Source of the DNA: Phaeosaccion multiseriatum
Lineage: Eukaryota > Protista > Ochrophyta, other classes
Length of the DNA: 64,000 bases
Direction: 5' to 3'
Assembly: GCA_965112735.1 (NCBI GenBank)
Contig: OZ218963.1
Location: 2,294,001-2,358,000 of the forward strand
The notes beneath the pieces are model-generated. The model saw nothing but the letters and a program-made list of their open reading frames with translations, did no database searches and was not told the DNA's origin. Both the position numbers and the translations under genes were made by a program. The first letter of the stretch is position 1, and each line of letters starts with the position of its first letter. Positions 35,459-43,594 of this stretch are shown in pieces.

Positions 35459-37096
35459 CTACGCCCTAAAACCCATCATCTTTTCACGTAAAGCTACAAG
35501 TACTGCCGGGGTCACATGCTTCGTCAAAAGGTCAGCCAGCTGCGCCTTCGAAGCCACGTACTCAAATGCAATAAGAGCCTCCTTCACTGCGTCTTGCAGA
35601 AAATGAAACCGAACATCAATGTGCTTCATCCTCCGTGTCGATGCATTGCTCTCTGCCAGCTTGATACACCCCATGTTGTCCTCAAAAACAACTGTCGCCT
35701 TCGACGAGTCATCAGGGAACAAGAAACTCAATACCTGCCTAATGTATAATATTTCCTTCACACAGTCACTGGCTGCCATGTACTCGCTCTCCAGCGAAGA
35801 CATCGCCACACTCAGCTGCAATCGCACACCCCAAGTGATAGCTGCACCTCCGTACATCAAAGCATAACCAATCGAACTCCTGCGAGTGTCAACACATGCA
35901 GCGTAATTCGCGTCTGCATATGCTTCCAAAACACACTCGCCCTTGCCAAACACCAAAGCACGATCCACAGTACCCTTCAGGTAGCCAAACACACGCATAG
36001 CCTGCTTCCAATGCTCAGGGCCGGGGTTCTTCATATACCGCGACAACTCTCGAACAGCATAGGCAATATCAGGCCTTGTCCAGTTTGAGATCCACATCAA
36101 AACGCCCACCACACCGGGGTAGTCCTTGTCAGTCATAAAAGCTACATCAGCTGCAGACGATGGCTCCATACTCTTGCTGAGTGCTGTGCCAGACACACCG
36201 GGTGTCGAGTAAACTCGATCAGACTCCAAACCAAACTTCACTATCATCTTCTTGATGTAGTGCTCCAATGTCAATGTGACAGTGCCTACGCTCCGGTTGA
36301 ACACAACGCGCACTCCCAAAAACTGATCAACATTGGGCCCAAGTCTCTTCAACGAAAACTTGTTGTCCAGCTCTGTAAAGAGCCAGTCCACCACCTCCTG
36401 CTTTCCTCCGCAGGACAAATCATCAACAAATACAATGAGGATGCCAACAAGCTCCCCATTCTTCCACAAAACAAATAAACACGGCTCAGCGCCGCACTGT
36501 TGCCATCCAAGCTCAAGCAGAAACTTCACCAATGTCTGATACCAACGTCTCGGTGCCTGATGTAGACCATAGAGTGCCATCAGCAAGCGCATGACCTTGC
36601 CCTTCCGCAGAAAACCCGGAGGCGGTAACACATACACCACCTCATGCTCTTGCAGAGGCGCATGCAGAAAAGCTTGATCCACATCAGCAAACTCACACAC
36701 AAAACCAGACGTCTTCATCTTGTCAACCACCACAGCGAAGAACAAACGAACCACGGGCGCCGCAATCACTGGAGCAAAGCAATCAGAGAAATCAATTCCC
36801 TCCGTCTGAGTATGACCGCCAACCACCAAACGAGCCTTCAACTTGGTAACATTGTCGAGATGATCACTCTTCACCTTATAAACAAAGTGAGAGCGTACTG
36901 GTCGCACATCCAAAGGCTGATCCACCACTTCCCAAGAATTTCTTGCTTCAAGCCCCCCCCACTCACTCAGCATAGCCGCTGCCCACTCATCAGAAAACTT
37001 TCCAGTCAGAGCCTCATGCCGATTCTTTGGGGTAGGTACCTCAGACACCTTCGTACCTGGAGCTAACGACAGTAGCGCGTGCAAAGCCGCTGAATG
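35459..37096 (-). CDS. Element E reverse transcriptase-RNase H, in frame behind a TGA
   Basis: KARLVVGG, LYGLHQAPR, FVDD, YADANYA, EDNMGCI, KHIDVRFHF. Confidence 0.93.
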   Translation of the reverse strand, partial: HSAALHALLSLAPGTKVSEVPTPKNRHEALTGKFSDEWAAAMLSEWGGLEARNSWEVVDQPLDVRPVRSHFVYKVKSDHLDNVTKLKARLVVGGHTQTEGIDFSDCFAPVIAAPVVRLFFAVVVDKMKTSGFVCEFADVDQAFLHAPLQEHEVVYVLPPPGFLRKGKVMRLLMALYGLHQAPRRWYQTLVKFLLELGWQQCGAEPCLFVLWKNGELVGILIVFVDDLSCGGKQEVVDWLFTELDNKFSLKRLGPNVDQFLGVRVVFNRSVGTVTLTLEHYIKKMIVKFGLESDRVYSTPGVSGTALSKSMEPSSAADVAFMTDKDYPGVVGVLMWISNWTRPDIAYAVRELSRYMKNPGPEHWKQAMRVFGYLKGTVDRALVFGKGECVLEAYADANYAACVDTRRSSIGYALMYGGAAITWGVRLQLSVAMSSLESEYMAASDCVKEILYIRQVLSFLFPDDSSKATVVFEDNMGCIKLAESNASTRRMKHIDVRFHFLQDAVKEALIAFEYVASKAQLADLLTKHVTPAVLVALREKMMGFRA

Positions 37097-40000
37097 TCAG
37101 GTGTCACTCTTCTGCTGTGGTTTGGTCGAGCGTCGCGAGTGTCCACGACCGTACCCGCCAGATGACAAACTCTCCCAAAACACCTCCTTGTGGCCATGTT
37201 CCTGATCAGTCCAATCCCAACCAGGACGAGGCGCTGCGCTTTTCTCCTGCTGCTGGTGCTGAACGGATCCTTTGTCTTTGAGCTGCTGCTGTTGCTCTTT
37301 CTTCTGCTGCTGCTGCGTCACCTCCAAAGAGCTGCGCTGATGTCCTTGCTGCTGCTGAGTCTGCAACACACGCTGCTGTGCGTCTGGAAGACGCTCTCCA
37401 GTTTGCTCATGATCCCCCTCGTCCAAATCCAGCGCAGAAAAATCGAACAGATCGAATTTTGACACCGCGATTTCCGAATCCTCGATTTCCGTAACGTCTT
37501 TCTCCAAAGGGAACTCCGACGACGGCGCGGGCTCTTTCAGAGCAAAATTGGTCTCGCTGAAAAGCTGTCCATCGATCCCACGACGCTCAGGGAGTAGCCG
37601 AAAACTGCGACTGAGGATAACGCGCTCCGTCTTCGGATCGAAAAAGACCAGGCAGTCAATCGGATGATACTTGCTCCTCCCAAGGTAGATCACAGCTCTG
37701 CCACGCCCAGACTCGTAGTGCTTGATCGTGTGGGTGGGGCGCTGCTCCTTGATATAGGCCAGACAGCCGTACGGAGCGATGTTGCTGCAGTCCGGAGCAT
37801 GACCAGTGAGCACCTCATACCGTGACGGTTCGCCCCGCTTGCCGTTCAAGTTCAAAAACATAGAGGCATATCGAGCCCCAAAACACCACAGTTTCGGAAA
37901 CGCCTGATCCAAACCCGCCGCGTCAGAGACCACTGCTGCCTTCTGAGCCAGTGTGGCCAGTCTCTTCTCTATAGCTCCATTCTGCTCCGGGGTATAGGGA
38001 GAGGTGAACTTCCAATGAACGCCCTTGCTGGTCACAAAGGTAGCTGCCTGCTCCTGATTCAGCAGCTCGTTGCCGTTGTCAACTAGCAACTCCTCAAGCT
38101 GTGCACCAGTAGGCACTACCACCTCCGCCCAAAAACGCTGCAAGGCAAGGATGAAATGGCTCTTTTTCGTGGTAAAGTACACCCAGCCAACCTTGGAGGC
38201 CATATCCTGGAAGCCAAACACCCACTTGTACCCCCCATATGCCTCAAAACTCACCGGTTGGGCATCTGCTGCCACTACACGTAGCCCATCCGTTGGATCG
38301 ACAGGTCGAAGGGCCCGAGACACGTTGGCTCGGCGAGCATTGTTCCGCAGGCACGGCTCACACGAGCGCAGAGTCCCAGTGAGGTGAATGCCACGCTGCT
38401 TCGCTGTAAAGCGCAAATCTTGCTCAGCCTGGTGCCCGTTGGTGATATGGAACTGGTTGATGTCCTCCTTCGGTAACGCACGATGCCGCACACAGCCCAA
38501 CACATTGACCTGCATGAGCTCATCCTGACTGGCAATCACAGCAAGAGGGTCGTCTGGAGAGGACCCAAAGACCAGCTGATCGTTCTCATCATCTCCGTGT
38601 ACACCTCCCAAAGCCTGCTGCAAGTCGCTGAGCCGCAGCAAGTTGAACTTGGCCTGAGGGGCCACAACCACATCAATGCGCACCAGCCGCCGACCGCCGT
38701 TGCGGTCCTTCATCTCGAGCAGCAGCTCCCCGCGGGCAGTGACAGTGACATACCCTTCACCCGCAGTAGCTCGCATCTCGTTGATCCGCTCGATGTTTTG
38801 CACAGCCGTCATGTCGCTCGTAAGGTTACACGACGCTCCACTATCCACCACCCAGGTCTCTGAAGAGCCACTCGTCGGCGGTTCGGTGACGGACAGACAA
38901 ACACCGAGGAGAGAGCCCCAATTTACCTTGGTTGCTCGAGGCTCGCCCGAAGCAGGGGTGGTCATGACGGGTGCTGCAGAAGCGTTCTTGAGGCACCCCT
39001 TCAGAGTGGAGGGACCTCCACCTTTGCCGTCGCTGGCACTCGCAGGCTGCTCCTTCTGCTCCTTCGGCGGCGGATCCTTCTTCGGCTGCTCTGTGTTCTT
39101 GGGCTTCTTCTTCTCCGCAAACTTGGGGCACTGCTCGTCCGTAGAGATGTGGTCAGAGGAGTTACACGCAAAGCAGCGACGCCCATTGGGACACTTGAAG
39201 TGGGCGTGGTCTGTCAGGCCGCATTTAAAGCAGCGGTTGTGACGTCGACCGCCGCGAGGCCGGTCACCGCCCCCGTCCTTGCCACCATTGCCTCCCCTGG
39301 GGAAGGCAAGAATAGGGAGACTCGAAGAGCCACCCGCACCACCTTGCCGAATAGCCTCAGCTGCCGCTTCCTCTGTGGTCCAGAGGTCAGCCTTAAAGTC
39401 CGTGGGGTCCGTGATCCCTATTGCCACACGTCGCCAGGTCTCCTTGAAGTGGAAGAGCACGGAAGGGAGACGCTCCAAAAAATTGACGGTGACGGCGCCG
39501 ATGGTCATGACAATGCCGTACTCCTGAAGGAGCAGGCGGTACTCCAGCATCTCCTTGTAAAGCTGGGTAGGGGGGCGCTTATCCGAGATCCGCAGCTCCA
39601 AATACTCCTTCTGAAGACGATTCGCAGTCGAAGCTTCCCCTTTTCCTACCAGACGGTCCCGGGCATGGTTGAAAATGTCCTGCAGCGTCCCTCCATTGCG
39701 GGCAACGTCCTGCAGGGCCTGTTGAACATGCTTGCTGCCAAACGACTTAATGACCTTCTGCACCACCTGAGAGAAAAGGTAGCGCACGTTACTCAGGTTG
39801 TCATCAAGTTCCGCCAGGGCGGAGGGCGGCACCAACTCAGGCTCCTCCAGCATGAACCGAAGGCCCAAACTATCGAGCTCGGTGTGCCAACCTTCTTCGT
39901 GCTTCCGAAAGGCCAAAGCGGTGGGAGCCTCTCCTCGCAGCTCAAACTTAATTGCAGCCAAGGCCGTCTGACGCAGCTGGGCCCACTTGCCATGGGTATT

Positions 40001-40735
40001 GGCGTGCATCGTCGTGAGGTCAACCAACAACGGGTCAGGAACCTCCTCACTCTCGGATGAGTCGTCATCACTGCTGTCTGATGTGCCAGCTGCGGCAGCC
40101 GCTGCAGCCGCAGAGGATGCCCTCACTCTCCCTCGAGTAGCTGTCCCGCCAGCAATCTGCACAGTCTCTTCTTCAGTATCAAGTGCTGCGTGGAGGCCTG
40201 CACCATCGGTGGCCAAGTCTGGGGACAGGGCCACGGCCTCCTCCTCTTGTTCCTCTGCAGCGTCCAGGAAGCGCTCGTCGGCATCCCTCCTTTTGGGTGC
40301 CAACGCTGCTTGCACTGCTGCAATGGACGCTTCGTCCATCTCATTCAACTGTGACAACACTGACTTCACCGTGGGTCTACTGGCCACTGCAGCAGACCTA
40401 AGTCCAGACATGGCAGGCGTAAAAGCCCTGCCACCGCTCCCGCTACGAGCAGAGGTATCCACTGCTGCTGCCCGACTGGGGGAGTTTGTTACGGGCCCCA
40501 CCTGGGCACTACGCAACCCTCGTGTATGGAGTTCCTTGTAGTCAAGGCCAGGCCGCATCCGCAAGCCATAGCCGCTGCCGGACAAAGCTGAATCAACTCG
40601 AAGCTCCTCCTGCTGCCTTCTACTCAAAACCCCCTCCTGTCTCGTGCTCTCTTGGTCGCGGAGCCACCGCTCCTTGATCGCACGACGTGCCTTCTCCCTC
40701 GAAGCTCTAGACACTCGTCGGTCCGCCATACTCAA
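37097..40735 (-). CDS. Element E gag-protease-integrase polyprotein
   Basis: Zinc knuckles CFKCGLTDHAHFKC and CFACNSSDH, WVVDSGAS, H-H-C-C, DNGNE, YTPEQNGAIEK. Confidence 0.93.
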   Translation of the reverse strand: MSMADRRVSRASREKARRAIKERWLRDQESTRQEGVLSRRQQEELRVDSALSGSGYGLRMRPGLDYKELHTRGLRSAQVGPVTNSPSRAAAVDTSARSGSGGRAFTPAMSGLRSAAVASRPTVKSVLSQLNEMDEASIAAVQAALAPKRRDADERFLDAAEEQEEEAVALSPDLATDGAGLHAALDTEEETVQIAGGTATRGRVRASSAAAAAAAAGTSDSSDDDSSESEEVPDPLLVDLTTMHANTHGKWAQLRQTALAAIKFELRGEAPTALAFRKHEEGWHTELDSLGLRFMLEEPELVPPSALAELDDNLSNVRYLFSQVVQKVIKSFGSKHVQQALQDVARNGGTLQDIFNHARDRLVGKGEASTANRLQKEYLELRISDKRPPTQLYKEMLEYRLLLQEYGIVMTIGAVTVNFLERLPSVLFHFKETWRRVAIGITDPTDFKADLWTTEEAAAEAIRQGGAGGSSSLPILAFPRGGNGGKDGGGDRPRGGRRHNRCFKCGLTDHAHFKCPNGRRCFACNSSDHISTDEQCPKFAEKKKPKNTEQPKKDPPPKEQKEQPASASDGKGGGPSTLKGCLKNASAAPVMTTPASGEPRATKVNWGSLLGVCLSVTEPPTSGSSETWVVDSGASCNLTSDMTAVQNIERINEMRATAGEGYVTVTARGELLLEMKDRNGGRRLVRIDVVVAPQAKFNLLRLSDLQQALGGVHGDDENDQLVFGSSPDDPLAVIASQDELMQVNVLGCVRHRALPKEDINQFHITNGHQAEQDLRFTAKQRGIHLTGTLRSCEPCLRNNARRANVSRALRPVDPTDGLRVVAADAQPVSFEAYGGYKWVFGFQDMASKVGWVYFTTKKSHFILALQRFWAEVVVPTGAQLEELLVDNGNELLNQEQAATFVTSKGVHWKFTSPYTPEQNGAIEKRLATLAQKAAVVSDAAGLDQAFPKLWCFGARYASMFLNLNGKRGEPSRYEVLTGHAPDCSNIAPYGCLAYIKEQRPTHTIKHYESGRGRAVIYLGRSKYHPIDCLVFFDPKTERVILSRSFRLLPERRGIDGQLFSETNFALKEPAPSSEFPLEKDVTEIEDSEIAVSKFDLFDFSALDLDEGDHEQTGERLPDAQQRVLQTQQQQGHQRSSLEVTQQQQKKEQQQQLKDKGSVQHQQQEKSAAPRPGWDWTDQEHGHKEVFWESLSSGGYGRGHSRRSTKPQQKSDT

Positions 40736-41193
40736 TGCAGCGTGGCAGACGCACCAGTGCTAAGATCTACTCCGACCGTTTCAGCTCTCCGAACTCATCC
40801 CGTACTTTACGTTCACCTCTGCACTAATGCGCATTAGATTTCAACCGACAATTGTCGTGTTGGGATATCTCCCTCCTGGAGACTGGTGTCGTACTTGCAC
40901 GAGTGTGGGAAAGCGTCTTATTAGCTACATAACACTAAAAGAAGAAGTGAACGGACTTGTACCAGCGATATGAGATCGATATCTAGTGTCGACATCGATT
41001 TATCTCAACAGAACATCCCATGACTCAAACTCACCCGCGCAATTCTCTATCTCCACTCCTACTCGCCACCAGCGTTGCCAAAGCCGCGTTGCGCACCACT
41101 AATGCTGACTGCTCAAGTGTTTACTGGTGTGCCTACAAGGCACCCAGACAGTCCCTAAAGCAGCCTTGCGAGTATCCTTCTCTGTCTCCCGCC

Positions 41194-41840
41194 AAGCTCC
41201 GTGCAACAGCAACAGCCGCGCTGCTGCCACACTCGAAAGCCGTGCCCGCTGTAGGGCACCGCTCTCGGCAATTCTCTATCTCCACGGCCCACCAAGCTCC
41301 AGCAGCAATTTCCGTGCAACAGCAACATCCGTGCTGCTGCCACACTCGAAAGCCATGCCCGCTGTCTAAGGCACCACTCCCGGCAATTCTCTGTCTCCAC
41401 GGCCCACCAAGCTCCAGCAGCAATTTCCGTGCAACAGCAACATCCGTGCTGCTGCCACACTCGAAAGCCGTGCCCGCTGTAAGGCACCGCTCCCGGCAAT
41501 TCTCTATCTCCACGGCCCACCAAGCTCCAGCAGCAATTTCCGTGTAACAGCAACATCCGTGCTGCTGCCACACTCGAAAGCCATGCCCGCTGTAAGGCAC
41601 CGCTCCCGGCAATTCTCCATCTCCACTGCCCACCAAGCTCCAGCAGCAATTTCCGTGTAACAGCAACATCCGTGCTGCTGCCATACTCGAAAGCCATGCC
41701 CGCTGTAAGGCACCGCTCCCGGCAATTCTCCATCTCCACTGCCCACCAAGCTCCAGCAGCAATTTCCGTGCAACAGCAACATGTGTGCTGCTGCCACACT
41801 CGAAAGCCATGCCCGCTGTCTAAGGCACCACTCCCGGCAA
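41194..41840. repeat. Tandem array of about 5.7 units of 113-115 bp inside element H
   Basis: G(C/T)AACAGCAAC recurs at 41203, 41316, 41431, 41544, 41657, 41770. Confidence 0.9.
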
Positions 41841-42247
41841 ACTCAAAGCTACCGAGCTGCTGCCTGAGCCTCTTGGCCAAGGTCAGCTGCCTTCGGGATT
41901 CTTTGGGGTTGTAAAGAGTCACGTTGCTCTCCACCTAGGATAGGAGTAGCCGCATGGATAAGGTAATAGCAACCCCAAAGCCAGCCTGGCAGCCAGCCTT
42001 GTCTCTATTAGCTTTATCCGTGAGCCATCCTAAACGACCAACCTGCTGGGAGGTGAGTGAGAAACGGGCCACGCACCGTTTCTCACCGTATTTGCCTGGG
42101 CCTGGGCCATTGACATAATACTGACTTTCAACATATGTTCCCGCGCTCACGTACGCGTACAACTGCAGAGCTCACAAGACCACAGGCCTCTCCCCGTACT
42201 ACACTCTCTTCGGTCGACACCCCCCGATTCCACTTCAAGCGATGCTG

Positions 42248-42594
42248 TGTTAGAAGTCGTGCTTTTGCTAGACTGGTACCTACCCTCTGAATTCAGACCG
42301 GGAGGGTACCAGTCTAGCAAAAGCACGACTTCTAACAAGCCCATTGCTAGAAGTCGAACCCCCCCCCCCCACCGCACATAGTGGAGAGAAGTAACTCGCA
42401 GTCTGGGAATCAGACTAATGGGTGCAAGCCGGTACCAGTTTTCGCCGAAAAACACACTTTTTTCACAAGCTACAGCCAGGGTTCGAACTCGCAATGGGCT
42501 TGTTAGAAGTCGTGCTTTTGCTAGACTGTACCTACCCTCTGAATATTTTTATTCAGAGGGTAGGTACAGTCTAGCAAAAGCACGACTTCTAACA
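42248..42594. mobile_element. Element K2: unit-length hairpin-terminal element (347 bp)
   Basis: Hairpins 42248-42337 and 42501-42594, TSD GCTG; internal region inverted relative to K1. Confidence 0.92.
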
Positions 42595-43594
42595 GCTGCC
42601 TGCCCTCGAGGAGGACGGCTCGTTCGAGACGCCTTCGGCATGGGTGCACGAGCTGAGGGCGCGGATGGCAGCGGCGGCGCAGGTGGTGACGGGCAGGCGC
42701 GAGGAGTATCGCAGCAGGCTACAGCTCAAGAACCGTGAGCGTCGCTGGCCAGCGCCGATGCCTCCTGGCACTAAGGTGTGGTTGTACCGTCCAGGGGGGG
42801 CGGCGCAGGAGGAGGGTGAGGCCATGGAGGAGCAGAAGGCACTGACGCTCAAGGCGCTGAGTCATGCTTGGGACGGACCGTTCCAAGTCCTGGCTTGGCC
42901 CACACAGCAGGCCTTCCAGGCGCGACATGGTGGCATACTCAACGACGAGCACTACGCGGTGATGCGCCGTAGCACGGTGTATCTGGATGTGCCGAGGGTC
43001 AGAGGCGGGGGAGTGGAGTTCAAGCAAGGGGCGTACCATAGGGACCTCACCAAGCCGTTCGTTGATGGGGTGAGTGGCCAGCCGGAAGGACTACCAGATG
43101 GGTTCGCTCGATACCACATCCGGTACTGCTCAGCCCACTGGGGTACTAGTGCACTGCAGGAGAAGCGTAGCGTGACCGATGACGAGGTTGGGATAGGGCG
43201 GGCGCCCGAGCTGGTGCGGATAGTGAAGATGAGGTGGCGTAAGGCCACAGGGCAGCCCCTACGGCGTGAGTACTGTGTCCGTTGGGCTGTACGGGAGGGT
43301 GGCAGTTATCAGACGTGGGAGTGGGACGATTGGCTCTTGCGGCGCGGGGAGAGGGCGGCAATAGAGGCATTCGAGGACTCTTTGGCGCCAGGGGCGTTGG
43401 ACCCGAGCGTGCAGCGCAAGCGTGGGCAGCGGTCTAAACGAGAGCGCACCGTGCGCGCCATGTTGCACGAGAAGTGGGGGATGGGCATCGCTGCGGAGAC
43501 GGCGCAACATTTGGGGTTCTAGACCTTGCGGTGGTGGTGGTCGCAGAGACGGGATAGGCATTGGGGATGTTGGAAGGTTACGGGATAGGCATTG

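Larger units (their letters stand above)
35273..41010 (-). mobile_element. Element E: structurally intact Ty1/copia retrotransposon
   Basis: 153-bp LTRs 35273-35425 and 40858-41010 that read as identical, TSD GAACA, PPT GGCGAGGAGGTG. Confidence 0.97.
34789..42133 (-). mobile_element. Element H: non-coding non-autonomous LTR element hosting copia E
   Basis: 224-bp LTRs 34789-35012 and 41910-42133, TSD TATG, PPT at 35013-35029. Confidence 0.92.
31284..43522 (+). pseudogene. Element B integrase in five pieces (31284-32221, 33689-33969, 34699-34788, 42138-42247, 42599-43522) with chromodomain-like tail
   Basis: HHCC zinc finger, DVAGPF, SDQGSQF, NGQVER, SPYYTLFGR, WDGPF, EYCVRW..TWE; frame continuous once G1, K1, H and K2 are removed. 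Confidence 0.88.

Noticed and set aside
37097-37099. Alternative genetic code with TGA as Trp
   Set aside because: Host PP2C and methyltransferase genes end in TGA and conserved Trp codons are TGG
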